Assembly: GCA_016714045.1 (NCBI GenBank) | Contig: JADJNY010000006.1 | Span: 287,121 to 351,120 of the forward strand | Reading direction: 5' to 3' | DNA: 64,000 nucleotides | From: Planctomycetota bacterium | GTDB lineage: Bacteria; Planctomycetota; UBA1135; GCA-002686595 | Shown: positions 52,701 through 61,333 of the stretch, one piece after another | Numbering within the stretch: the first letter of the stretch is position 1 | Layout of the letters: every line of letters begins with the position of its first letter | Notes under the pieces: generated by a model | Told to the model about the DNA's origin: nothing | Databases searched by the model: none | The model's input: only the letters and a program-made list of their open reading frames with translations | Program-made: the position numbers and the translations under genes

Positions 52701-52883
52701 CGACGCCGGCACCGAGGTGACGCCGGCGGCGCGCAGACGCGCGAGCGCGCGCTCGTGCTCCGCGTGGAGCTCGCGGAGGCGCGCCGCGTGCGCGGGCTGT
52801 GCGCGACAGAACGCGTCGAGGTCCGCGCCCGGCCCTTGGCGCAGGAACTCGACGAAGAGCGGGTCGGGAGTGGTGTCGGACAT
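49746..52883 (-). CDS. Ser/Thr protein kinase with a TM segment and an extracytoplasmic TPR array
   Basis: ATG at 52883. Kinase motifs GGMGAILKVWD..LAMKVV, HRDLKPANVMV, DWGLA and GTPAYMPIEQ. TM segment is AAGVTAIVFLVAGLGG. About 600 aa of TPR-like repeats follow (..LGDTYQGVGKYDESERQYRVAL..). Confidence 0.85.
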   Translation of the reverse strand: MSDTTPDPLFVEFLRQGPGADLDAFCRAQPAHAARLRELHAEHERALARLRAAGVTSVPASLASASSLLDSSSAASSELFRRIVAQGPKGARYRLRGEIARGGMGAILKVWDEDFGRELAMKVVLGSDGQRASHATPPVDGRVVARFLEEAQITGQLDHPCIVPVHELGLDNEGQVYFTMRLVHGRDLGHILHLVRTGAEGWTRTRALGVLLRVCEAMAYAHSKGVVHRDLKPANVMVGSFGEVYVMDWGLARVLGRPDAHDLRLRQEVDAGAARSANAVRTARHEARDDGSESSLVTMEGDVLGTPAYMPIEQARGKIEEISQRSDVYAIGAMLYHLLAGDAPYSKPGVRQTGREVLSAVLAGPPQPIRELASELPAELEAICEKAMAREASARYSDTLDLAEDLRAFLEGRVVRAYQTGAVVELKKWVARNKPLSAAGVTAIVFLVAGLGGSLWQKGIADENAALASVEAAEATRQKNIAREQQALAETREQDAASAARRAEAVGRFLSGMLRSANPLAYATRDVPVSSVVDVATRRLDEGEFAADPRTEFALRTTLGDTYQGVGKYDESERQYRVALDLLPKLPGDDPQRVIRFELDFADLLVARGKFDEAGTRIASLRAMIERAGLSRSEAEARALGHLAAVRYNQGATGEAIELSRQAIEIARELAPEDSLDHARMGLKLAFYLEQNGELDASLAEVERALVQLESGDTLARFEAASALRRRASIRSTMRDLKASLADLEEALRIREAVCEPDSPHVADLVHDIASTKSQLGLAAEAEVDARRALQLRRRALGDHRDTATALTTLGAVLAGTGRRTEARAAFEEALAMRRKVLPDATAAIGDSIRRLGSLARDEGDLATAETLYTEALENWRAELATDHPDVADVMFDLARVKRLRGDAAGARPLAEEVVRIRIAKFGIANGNTLAARDELASVLLDVKDWTAAETLLREAVALYEQKLRPGHPVIAYTGAQVGAALLGQGRVDEAEPLLLAGWAAIGEDPKFWAVNKLFLLDHLVLLYEARGDEERAATYRAKAAALRK

Positions 52884-52922
52884 GTCGCTCGGACGGCGCG
52901 GTGGTCGGAGGATCGGGGCCGG

Positions 52923-52930
52923 GATTCTAG
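52923..52930 (-). promoter_or_regulatory. CTAGAATC box about 40 nt upstream of the kinase start at 52883 (-)
   Basis: Exact octamer on the minus strand, in the 383-bp divergent intergenic region. Confidence 0.4.
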
Positions 52931-53266
52931 CGCGTGCTCTCAAACGAGTGACGCTTCCTGCTCGTTGACGCGCGCGCGATGTCGAAGGGCGTCGTGCAAC
53001 TCGACGACGTCGGCGTCGCCGCAACCTGGACGTGGAGCGCGAGTCGATCGCTCCTCCTCTTCGCGCGACCGGCACGCTCCGCGGCGCGCTCGCGCTCGAA
53101 GGACGCTCATCGCGGGCCAAAGTTGCGCGAATGTGCGTGGGGTGGCCGTCGTGCGCGTCGTACCGTGCGACTCGATTGGTTTCGGGGATCGATACCTCGT
53201 TCCGATCGTGGCCGCGGGGCTCCGTCGCGCGGCCGTGCTCTCGATCAATTTGCCCAAGGATCTGCC

Positions 53267-55789
53267 ATGACTCGGTGCTTCCACCCCACGTCCGTCCGCT
53301 GCGCTGGATGGAGTGGAGTCCTCGGAACGACCTTCCTCGCGTTGTCGACGACGACCTACGCCCAGTCGACGAACCCCAGCGACGCGAAGCCGGCCCCGCA
53401 CGCGTTGCCCGCGATGCCGGACGTGAAGACACCGCATCCGGCGAATCCGGACGGCGCGGCCCTCCCGCTCGAAGCGCGGCCCGCGCGCACGACTCCGACG
53501 AGCCTCGCGACGAAGGACGTGCTCCAGGCCGCACTGCGTCACGCAGCGGAGCCGCGCGAGCTCACGAGCGTGCTCTTCGATCGCACCTCCGACGGCGCGG
53601 TCTGGGTGCTCGGGCAGACGTACAAGGCGGAGTTCGACGCGCGCGGCGCGACCTACGTCCCGTTCTTCGGTTCCGACGCGCCGCGCAACTTCCCCGTCGC
53701 GATGAAACTCGAATCTGTGACCGTGGGCGGTGATGCGCTCGCCCTCGGCACGTCGGCGGTGAGTACGCTCACGAGCGCTCGCGTCGAACTCGACCGCGGC
53801 GGCGTGGTCGAGCGGTACGACGTCGGCCTCGCGAGCATCGAGCAGTCGTTCGTGTTCCAGTCCCTTCCCCGCATCGGCGAGCTCTCGGTGCAACTCGCCG
53901 TCGCGACCGAGCTCGAGCCGCGCGCGACGAGCGCCGGCATCGAGTTCGCGAACGACTACGGCTTCGTCCGCTACGGCAAGGCGACCGCATTCGACGCGAA
54001 CGGCCGCACCCAGCCGCTGGTGACGACCTGGACCGGCGACGGGCTCCGGATCGACGTTCCCGCCGCGTTCCTCGCCGCGGCGCGCTTCCCGGTGACGATC
54101 GACCCCGTCATCGCGACCTTCTCGGTCGACGCGTCCACCGCCGTCGATACGCAGGCCGACATCGCGTTCGAAGAGACGAGCGCGCTCTTCGCCATCTCGT
54201 GGGAGCGCGTCTTCTCGGCGACCGACCACGACGTGTGGATCGAGGAGTGGACCGTCGGCGGCACGCCCGTGCTCTCGACGCGCGCCACGATCGACTTCAC
54301 GACGACGAGCTGGGAGCACCCGCGCATCGCCGCGAACGCGCTCTCCGGCCAGTTCCTGGTCGTCGCGCAGTCCGGTGTGGCGCCCGCGCGCGTCATCAGC
54401 GGCCGAACGATGGAGTCGGAGTCGCCCTACGCGATGAGCGCCCAATTCCAGATCAGCGATGTCGAGTCCGGCGACAAGTCCGACCCCGACGTCGGCGGCG
54501 ATCCCGTGCTCGTCGGGCCGACCTACTACTGCGTCGTCTGGACGCGCGACTTCGCGGCCGCGGACCGCGACGTCCACTCGCGGCTCGTGCAGACGAGCGG
54601 CACGCTGCTCGGCCTGAGCACGATCCTGATCGACAACTCCGGCGGCTCGTACGATGTCCACCCGAGCGTCTCGAAGAGCGACGGCCCGGCTCCGTTCTCC
54701 AACCAGGACTGGAACGTGGCCTGGGAGCGCGAAGCCGGAGGCGCCGGCGGTGAGGGCGACATCCTGGGCGCGCAGGTCCACTGGGACGGCACGATCACGA
54801 CGCCGTCCTTCCTGATCTCGACGGGCCCTTCGAACGACGAAGCGCCTTCGGCCTCGCCCGGCATCGACTACGCGGGCGTGCGCAACTACCTCGTCACGTT
54901 CACGCGCGACTTCACGAGCGATCGCGACATCGAGTACGTCGTCCTCGCCGGCGCTTCGACCACGCTCGGCATCACGAACCTCTCCTCCCAGGAGAACAAC
55001 GGCCTCCTCTTCCAGGATCAGGTCCAGCCCCAGTGCGAGGCGACGGACCAGTACTTCCACGTCGTCTACTCGGAGCAGTTCGGGGCCAGCACGACGGACT
55101 ACGACGTCTATGCGACGAAGGTCTACTTCAACGGCGCGACGACCACGCTCGCCGAAGCCCACCTGAACCTCGCGTTCTCGTTCACGCGCGAGAGCAACCC
55201 TCAGATCGCGTCGCGACGCAGTGGCGGAGCTCTCAACTCGCCGGTGCTCGGCGTCGCTTGGGAGGACAGTGCGAACGGCGGGGACATCGAGGGTGCGACG
55301 ACGACGAACCGCGCGAGCGGTCCGATCGTGAGCTTCTGCGCCGGTGACGGCTCGGCCGGAGTCCCGTGTCCGTGCGCGGCCGGCTCGCTTGGCAACGGCT
55401 GCCCCAACTCGGTCTTCCCCGGCGGCGCGAACCTGAGCGCGACCGGAAACGCGAGCGTCGCGAACGACACGCTCGTGCTGATCGGCACGGGCATGCCGAA
55501 CGCGAACGTCCTGTACTTCCAGGGCGAGTCGACGGTCGCTGCGTTCGTCATCGACGACGGCATCATGTGCACCGGCGCGCCGGTGATCCGGCTCGGGACG
55601 AAGCTGAACGCCGCGAACGCGTCGCAGTACCCGGTCGCGGGCGACCAGGCCGTCTCGATCCGCGGCTCGATCCCCGCCGCAGCCGGCGTGACGCGGATCT
55701 ACCAGGCCTTCTACCGCAACGCCGCCAACTTCTGCACGCCCGCCACGTCGAACCGCACGAACGCGCTGAGCGTGCTGTGGCTCCCGTGA
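53267..55789 (+). CDS. secreted repeat protein with a Cys-rich C-terminal domain (paralogous tail to 7000..8796)
   Basis: ATG at 53267 gives a signal-like GVLGTTFLALSTTTYAQ. The last 150 aa are CAGDGSAGVPCPCAAGSLGNGCPNS..FQGE..IDDGIMCTG..YQAFYRNAANFCTPATSNRTNALSVLWLP. Confidence 0.75.
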   Translation: MTRCFHPTSVRCAGWSGVLGTTFLALSTTTYAQSTNPSDAKPAPHALPAMPDVKTPHPANPDGAALPLEARPARTTPTSLATKDVLQAALRHAAEPRELTSVLFDRTSDGAVWVLGQTYKAEFDARGATYVPFFGSDAPRNFPVAMKLESVTVGGDALALGTSAVSTLTSARVELDRGGVVERYDVGLASIEQSFVFQSLPRIGELSVQLAVATELEPRATSAGIEFANDYGFVRYGKATAFDANGRTQPLVTTWTGDGLRIDVPAAFLAAARFPVTIDPVIATFSVDASTAVDTQADIAFEETSALFAISWERVFSATDHDVWIEEWTVGGTPVLSTRATIDFTTTSWEHPRIAANALSGQFLVVAQSGVAPARVISGRTMESESPYAMSAQFQISDVESGDKSDPDVGGDPVLVGPTYYCVVWTRDFAAADRDVHSRLVQTSGTLLGLSTILIDNSGGSYDVHPSVSKSDGPAPFSNQDWNVAWEREAGGAGGEGDILGAQVHWDGTITTPSFLISTGPSNDEAPSASPGIDYAGVRNYLVTFTRDFTSDRDIEYVVLAGASTTLGITNLSSQENNGLLFQDQVQPQCEATDQYFHVVYSEQFGASTTDYDVYATKVYFNGATTTLAEAHLNLAFSFTRESNPQIASRRSGGALNSPVLGVAWEDSANGGDIEGATTTNRASGPIVSFCAGDGSAGVPCPCAAGSLGNGCPNSVFPGGANLSATGNASVANDTLVLIGTGMPNANVLYFQGESTVAAFVIDDGIMCTGAPVIRLGTKLNAANASQYPVAGDQAVSIRGSIPAAAGVTRIYQAFYRNAANFCTPATSNRTNALSVLWLP

Positions 55790-55908
55790 TGCGCTAGACA
55801 ACGTCTCGTCCCGGGACAAACCCGGGCGCGACACGACGCGGCCCGCAGGAGTTCGACTCCGGCGGGCCGCGCTCGTTGGCGGGGAGCACGCGCAGAGCGC
55901 GTGTGGGG

Positions 55909-56002
55909 TCGAGGTGTGCGAGTCGAGGCGTGACCCGAGGCGTGTGTCGAGCCGCTTGTCGAGGCGTGACTCGAGGCACGTGTCGAGCTTCCGAATCGAG
56001 CC
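55909..56002. repeat. 12-bp TCGAG-headed periodic array (about 8 units) organised as 2 x 36 bp
   Basis: TCGAG(G/C) starts at 55909, 55923, 55935 (CCGAGG), 55947, 55959, 55971, 55983 and 55996. TCGAGGCGTGAC occurs at 55923 and again at 55959. Confidence 0.8.
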
Positions 56003-56138
56003 CGGCCGGCATGCGCTGGAGCCGAACGCGTGCGAGGACGTCGTTGACGCGCGGTGCTCGACGCGCGAACGTGGTCGAGCGCGCGCGAGGACGTCTCCGA
56101 CCGCGTCGACCCCACGACTCCCCCAGCACCGACCGCCG

Positions 56139-56534
56139 ATGACCACGAACCTCATCCTCGTCCAAAGCCTCTACGACGCCTTCGCGAAGGGCGACGTGCC
56201 CGCGTTCCTCGCGCAGCTCGACCCAGAGATCCGATGGAACGAAGCCGAGAGCTTCCCCTACTCGGACAGGAACCCGTACGTGGGCCCCGCCGCGATCGTG
56301 CAGGGCGTCTTCCAGCGCATCCTCACCGACTTCGAGGGCTTCCGCGTCGAGGTCGGCGAGCTCGCGGGCAGCGGCGACGTCGTGACGATGTTCGGCCGCT
56401 ACAAGGGCCAGCACGCGAAGACGAAGAGGCCGCTCGACGTCCAGTGCGCGCACACGTGGTGGATCCGGAACGGCAAGGTCGTCCGCTTCCAGCAGATGGT
56501 CGACACGCTGCGCGTTTCGAAGACGATCGCGTGA
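56139..56534 (+). CDS. SnoaL/NTF2-like fold protein
   Basis: MTTNLILVQSLYDAFAKGDVPAFLAQLDPEIRWNEAE..VVTMFGRYKGQH..HTWWIRNGKVVRFQQ is typical of the SnoaL-like polyketide cyclase / ketosteroid isomerase-like family. Confidence 0.75.
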   Translation: MTTNLILVQSLYDAFAKGDVPAFLAQLDPEIRWNEAESFPYSDRNPYVGPAAIVQGVFQRILTDFEGFRVEVGELAGSGDVVTMFGRYKGQHAKTKRPLDVQCAHTWWIRNGKVVRFQQMVDTLRVSKTIA

Positions 56535-56665
56535 GCGAAGCGGCACGCGGGACGTGGCGCGTCGTCCGTGCCCCGCGCTCGAACGCGCCGCGGGAGTGCC
56601 CGCTCGTCGCCCGTCCGCGCGCCACGGGCCGTTCGCGAGCGACGCGCGTGCGCCGCATCCGCCCG

Positions 56666-59077
56666 CTACTTGCGCTTCTTCGGCACCGGATTGAACCGCA
56701 GCAGCACGAACTTGCGCTCGTCCCGCTTCCACGGCACGCGCAAATCCGCCTTGCCCGCGAGCACCCAATTCGGGTGCTTCGCCTCGAGCGTCTTCGGCGG
56801 GTCGCGCAGCTCCACCTTCAAGTTGCCGTCCTTGCCGGTCTTCCCGACCGAGCGACCGTCGACGAACACCTCAACGCCTTCGATCACGCTCCGTCCGTCG
56901 CGTCGCACCGCGCGCACGACGTCGGCCCATCCGGGCTCGAGCGCGACCTCGAGCACGCGCCGGATCCGTCCGTCGACGTGTTCCTCGAGGGCGAACGCCT
57001 TCTCGTCGCCGCGCACGGAGCCGTAACCCGGCGCGTCGATGCGCCATCGGAACGTCCGCTCGAGCGGCACGCCGCGCTCGATCGGCTCGCCCGACGCGGC
57101 GCGGCGCTCGCGGCTCGGGCCGTTCTGGAACTCGACCCACACGCGCAGCCCGTCGAGCACGAGCCCGTTGTCGCGGTCGCGCGCGCGCACGACGTAATCG
57201 CACGTCGCGACGTCGTCGCGCACGACGATCCGCACGTCCTCGCGCGGGGCCGTCACCTCCAGCGAGCGCGGCTCCCACTTGAGCCAGTCGTCCTTCTCGA
57301 TGGAGAGCGTGAACGTGCCCGCGGGGAGCGCCGTGAACTCGAACCGGCCGACTTTCCGACCTTCCACGGTCGTCCAACGCACGTCGGCTTCGAGCGCGGG
57401 GCCGCCGCGCGCGCCCGACTCGACGAGCCGCACGCGCGCCTTGGGCGTCGAACGCCCCGTCTCGGTGACGATCTCGCCGCGAATCGGCCCCGCGGGCGGC
57501 TTGAGGAGGAGCGCGAGCTCGACCGCGCTCGTCTCCCGCGCACGGATCACGACCGGCGCTTCGTTCGGCGCGTGCCGCAGCGTGCGCGCGCCCACGACGC
57601 CCTCGCCCGGCCGCACGAAGTCGAAGCGGAAACGTCCGTGCGCGTCCGTCGTCGTGTCGCGCCGCCGCTCGCGCGGCGCGTTCGCGGACCCCTCGCGCAG
57701 GAACACCTGCGCGCGCGGCACCGCGAGACCGTCCGCGTCGAGCACGACGCCCGCGATCGCGCCGTACGCTTCCACCTTCAACGTCACCGGCGCCGCCTGC
57801 ACGCCGCGCAGCGCGCCGACGTTCGTGTCCGCGCGCCACAGGCCGTCCGTCGAGCGCAGCTCGAGCCGCTCGGCGCGCTCGTAGCGCGGGTCGATCGGAC
57901 CGAAGCGCACCCACGGCAGGCCGAACGCGTCGTCCGGCGCGGGCGGACGCAACGCCTCGCCGCCGACGCGGTCGCGCGCCTCCTCGCCCGTGACGAGCAG
58001 GTTGAGGCGCGCGGTGTCGAGCGTCAGGCGCCCCGCGTTCGCCGCGGCGGCCTCCGCGAGCGCGCGCTCGACCGCGCTCGACGAGCGCGCGGACGCGTCG
58101 GAGGAGGAGGAAGCGTCGGCCGCGGTCCCAGCGCTCGAAGCCGTCGCGCTCGACGTCGTCGCGCTCGACGCGTTCGTGCTCGCCCGGTTCCCACTCGCGT
58201 CGCGAGCTCCCGCGCCGTTCGCACCCGCTTCGTTCGCACCGGCGGCGCGTGCGCCCGTTCCACTCTCGCCCGCGGCGTTGGCTCCCGCGGCGCTTGTCCC
58301 CGTGCGGTTCGCACCGACGCCGCTCGCGTCCGCGCCGGCTCCGTTCCCGTTCAGCCGATCCGCGCTCGCGCCGCCGGCCGCGCGCTCGCCCGGGCCCGCA
58401 CGCTCGTTCGCGCTCGTCGCGTCCTCCGCCGCCGTCGTCAGCACGAGTTCGCCCTCGGGCTCGATGCGCACGAACCACGTCGGTCCGCTGGGCACGGCGA
58501 GCGCGAGCTCGCGCGCCGACGCGCTCGTCCCCGCGGTCGCGGAGCTCTCGAGCTCGTGCTCGATCTGGAGTGACGGAGCGGGCCGCTTGCGCTCGGGGTG
58601 GTCGAGCGGATCGATGCGGAGACGCCCCGCGAGGAAGCCCGTGCGGCTCTCGAAGCGCCCGGACGCGTCGGTCCACACGTCCTCCTGATGCGTGCGGTCG
58701 TGGACGCGCAGCAGGAAGCGCGGGAGCGGCTCCCCCGTCGCCTCGTCGACGAGCGCGCCGCGCACGTGCGCGCGCGGGCCCGCGGCGACCTCCGCTTCAG
58801 CCGCGGTGGGTTCGGCGCTGGCGAGCTCGGCGCGCTCGAAGGGCTCGTCCGCCGCGACGGGCTCGAGCGCATCGTCGCCGTCGAGCTCCGTCTCGCCGCT
58901 CTCGAGCACGGCGTGCTCCGCCGCGGGCTCGCGGTCCGCCGCGCTGGAGGAGCTCGCGAGCGCGGGGGGCTCTTCCTCCTCCGCCGGCGCCACGGGCGAG
59001 AACGTCCACAGCCACGCGGACAGCGCGGCCACGACGGCGAGCGCGACGGCGAGGAGGAGGACGTTCGTGCGGCGCAT
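56666..59077 (-). CDS. membrane-anchored protein with CarboxypepD_reg-like repeats and a low-complexity Gly/Ala/Asn/Ser region
   Basis: ATG at 59077 gives the anchor MRRTNVLLLAVALAVVAALSAW. Repeats include VRGALVDEATGEPLPRFLLRV, IAGVVLDADGLAVPRAQVFL and IRGEIVTETGRSTPKARVRL. A central GANxAG-type tract is present. Confidence 0.7.
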   Translation of the reverse strand: MRRTNVLLLAVALAVVAALSAWLWTFSPVAPAEEEEPPALASSSSAADREPAAEHAVLESGETELDGDDALEPVAADEPFERAELASAEPTAAEAEVAAGPRAHVRGALVDEATGEPLPRFLLRVHDRTHQEDVWTDASGRFESRTGFLAGRLRIDPLDHPERKRPAPSLQIEHELESSATAGTSASARELALAVPSGPTWFVRIEPEGELVLTTAAEDATSANERAGPGERAAGGASADRLNGNGAGADASGVGANRTGTSAAGANAAGESGTGARAAGANEAGANGAGARDASGNRASTNASSATTSSATASSAGTAADASSSSDASARSSSAVERALAEAAAANAGRLTLDTARLNLLVTGEEARDRVGGEALRPPAPDDAFGLPWVRFGPIDPRYERAERLELRSTDGLWRADTNVGALRGVQAAPVTLKVEAYGAIAGVVLDADGLAVPRAQVFLREGSANAPRERRRDTTTDAHGRFRFDFVRPGEGVVGARTLRHAPNEAPVVIRARETSAVELALLLKPPAGPIRGEIVTETGRSTPKARVRLVESGARGGPALEADVRWTTVEGRKVGRFEFTALPAGTFTLSIEKDDWLKWEPRSLEVTAPREDVRIVVRDDVATCDYVVRARDRDNGLVLDGLRVWVEFQNGPSRERRAASGEPIERGVPLERTFRWRIDAPGYGSVRGDEKAFALEEHVDGRIRRVLEVALEPGWADVVRAVRRDGRSVIEGVEVFVDGRSVGKTGKDGNLKVELRDPPKTLEAKHPNWVLAGKADLRVPWKRDERKFVLLRFNPVPKKRK

Positions 59078-59252
59078 CACGGGGTCCCAGGATAGCCGTC
59101 GCCCCCGCGGCGAGCGCGCCGACGCCGCGCACGGCCCGCAAGTCTCGCGCAATCCCGACCGCGCCGCGAGCCGGCGACGCACACGGCGGAGCTCGCCGAC
59201 GCCCCGCGCCACCGACGACGCTCGCACCCGTCGCGCGAGTAGACTCGAAGGG

Positions 59253-60431
59253 ATGCCCCGGCCGCTCCCGTTCACCGCGCACCGCCTGCTCGCGCCGATG
59301 GAGGGCGTCACGGACCCGTGCTTCCGCGACCTCGTGCTCGCGCGCAACGCGCCCGAGGCGCTCGGCGGCGCGTTCACCGAGTTCGCGCGCGTCGTGCAGG
59401 TGGCGCTGCCGCGTCGGAGCCTGCGCGAGCACCTTGGTGCGCGCCGCTTCGCGCAGCCGGTCGGTCTGCAATTGATGGGCAGCGACACGGAGCTCGTCGC
59501 CGAGAGCGCGCGCCGCGCCGAGGAGGTGGGCGCGCCGCTCGTCGACTTGAACTTCGGCTGTCCGGCGAAAGGCGCGCTCCGCGGCTGCGCCGGTTCGTCG
59601 CTCCTGCGCGATCCCTCCGCGGTCGAACGCCTCGTGCGCGCCGCCGTCGGCGCGGTCGAGCGCGTGCCCGTGTCCGCGAAGATCCGCGCGGGCTATGACG
59701 ACGATTCGCGGCTCGAGGAGCTCGCGCGCGCGGCCGAGAACGGCGGCGCGTCGCTCCTGACGGTCCACTGCCGCACGAAGGCAGAGCTCTACTGCGACGA
59801 GGTCGACTGGACGCGCCTCGCGCGCGCGGCGAGCGCCGTTTCGATCCCCGTGTGCGGCAACGGCGGCGTGCGGACGCACACGGACTTCGAACGCCTGCGG
59901 CGCGAGACCGGCTGCGCGTACGCGATGGTCGGCCGCGCGGCGCTCGGCGACCCGTGGATCTTCTCCGGCGCGCGCGTGACGGCCGCGGACGCCGCGCGCT
60001 TCCTGCTCGACTACGCGGAGGTGCTGCGCGCCGAGCACGTCTCCGCGCGCGGCGCGGCGGGGCGCGTGAAGCAGCTCCTCCAGCACTGGACCGCAGGCGG
60101 ACTGTGCGACGAGGACCGTGCGAGCTGGCTCACGGAGAGCGAGCCCGAACGGCTCTTCGCGCGGCTCGGCGCGGTGGCGGGTGGAACGCGCGACCCGGTG
60201 CTCAACCCGGCGTTCGAGGCCGAACTCGACACCCGGCCGGCTCCCGAGCCCCGCTCCACGCTCGGCGCGAGGCTCGTCCCCGTGCTCGACCCGCCCTCCC
60301 CGCACGGCGCGCCCGAAGCGCGCGCCCTCGGATCGACGTCCCCCACGTCGATCGCGGCACTCGCTCACTTCCGCCGTCCGAACTCAGAGGGCTCGCCCGC
60401 GGACGTGCGCTCGAGCCCGGACCGCCCCTAG
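59253..60431 (+). CDS. dus: tRNA-dihydrouridine synthase
   Basis: LLAPMEGVTDPCFRDL, LNFGCPAKGALRGCAGSSLLRDP, SAKIRAGYDD, LTVHCRT and GNGGV. The C-terminal tail of about 80 aa is low-complexity. TAGACT ends 7 nt before the ATG. Confidence 0.85.
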   Translation: MPRPLPFTAHRLLAPMEGVTDPCFRDLVLARNAPEALGGAFTEFARVVQVALPRRSLREHLGARRFAQPVGLQLMGSDTELVAESARRAEEVGAPLVDLNFGCPAKGALRGCAGSSLLRDPSAVERLVRAAVGAVERVPVSAKIRAGYDDDSRLEELARAAENGGASLLTVHCRTKAELYCDEVDWTRLARAASAVSIPVCGNGGVRTHTDFERLRRETGCAYAMVGRAALGDPWIFSGARVTAADAARFLLDYAEVLRAEHVSARGAAGRVKQLLQHWTAGGLCDEDRASWLTESEPERLFARLGAVAGGTRDPVLNPAFEAELDTRPAPEPRSTLGARLVPVLDPPSPHGAPEARALGSTSPTSIAALAHFRRPNSEGSPADVRSSPDRP

Positions 60432-60435
60432 AATC
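60428..60435 (+). promoter_or_regulatory. CTAGAATC box overlapping the dus stop codon, about 80 nt upstream of 60516
   Basis: The TAG of the octamer is the dus stop codon (60429-60431). Confidence 0.35.
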
Positions 60436-60515
60436 GCGCCCACCGGCGCACTCCCGCGCCGACTTTCCCGCCGTCGCTCGCGCGCCGGCCCGACCGCTCG
60501 AAGAGGAGCTTCCCG

Positions 60516-60821
60516 ATGCGCCGTCTCGTCCTCCCCGTCGTCCTCGCCGTCTCCGCCCTCACGCTCGTCCTCTCCGCGCAGGAGCGCGCCGGCGGCGCGA
60601 AGCCCGCGCAGGCCGCGCCCAAGCTCCAGACCTTCACCGGCACGAACATCGACGGCAACGTGCAGCTCGCGCTGAACGACGCGCTGCAGAAGGCGCAGCA
60701 GTCGCTCTCGAAGACGACCGCCGACGCGCAGTTCCGCTGGCAGCTCGACTCGCTCTCGGGCACGCGCGGCGGGATCACGGGCTCGCAGGCCTGCGAGGTC
60801 GTGATCCACATCGTGCCGTGA
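60516..60821 (+). CDS. small secreted protein, paralog A (101 aa)
   Basis: GAGGAG lies upstream. Signal peptide MRRLVLPVVLAVSALTLVLSAQ. The core FTGTNIDGNVQLALNDALQKAQ..FRWQLDSLSGTRGG..EVVIHI aligns with the next gene. Confidence 0.65.
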   Translation: MRRLVLPVVLAVSALTLVLSAQERAGGAKPAQAAPKLQTFTGTNIDGNVQLALNDALQKAQQSLSKTTADAQFRWQLDSLSGTRGGITGSQACEVVIHIVP

Positions 60822-60901
60822 CCTCTGTCCGCGTGACCGACCGCTCGGGTCGGTGCTAGGGAGGCCAGAACCGCGCTCCGTCGCGGTTCGAAGGACCTCT
60901 C

Positions 60902-61279
60902 ATGCCGACCCACGCTCGCCTCGCCGCCGGACTCGCGCTCCTCCTCCCGCTCGCCACGCTCCACCTCGAGGGACCGGACTGCCGCTCGCAGCAGGCCGGG
61001 CCGAGCGCGGCGGTCGGCGGGAAGTTCTTCTCCGGCACCTCGGCGGGCGGAAACGTCCAAGAGGCGCTCGACGCGGCGCTCGAGGCCGCGCGGACGAGCT
61101 TCGCGAAGCACGAAAACAACGTGGATTTCCGCTGGGAGCTCGCGTCGCTGGGCGGTCGTCGAGCGACCGCTCCCGACGCGCGCTCGCTCACCGTCTCGAT
61201 CCGGATCACACGCGGCGCGCCGGCCGCGCTCGAAAAAAAAGATGGCCCTGGAGCCACCGTCGGCGGAGGGGGTTCCTAG
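60902..61279 (+). CDS. small secreted protein, paralog B (125 aa)
   Basis: Signal peptide-like LAAGLALLLPLATL. The core is FSGTSAGGNVQEALDAALEAAR..FRWELASLGGRR..LTVSIRI. Confidence 0.6.
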   Translation: MPTHARLAAGLALLLPLATLHLEGPDCRSQQAGPSAAVGGKFFSGTSAGGNVQEALDAALEAARTSFAKHENNVDFRWELASLGGRRATAPDARSLTVSIRITRGAPAALEKKDGPGATVGGGGS

Positions 61280-61283
61280 AATC
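61276..61283 (+). promoter_or_regulatory. CTAGAATC box overlapping the stop of 60902..61279, about 50 nt upstream of speA
   Basis: The TAG of the octamer is the stop codon (61277-61279). Confidence 0.35.
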
Positions 61284-61333
61284 TCGCGCTCAGGAATTCC
61301 TTCCTTCCTCCGTTAGGAGCATTCGCGAGCACG

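Noticed and set aside
56542-56572. A hairpin after the SnoaL-like gene, considered as a terminator.
   Set aside because: The stem is interrupted (about 11 pairs with internal loops) and has no T-tract, which is too weak to call.
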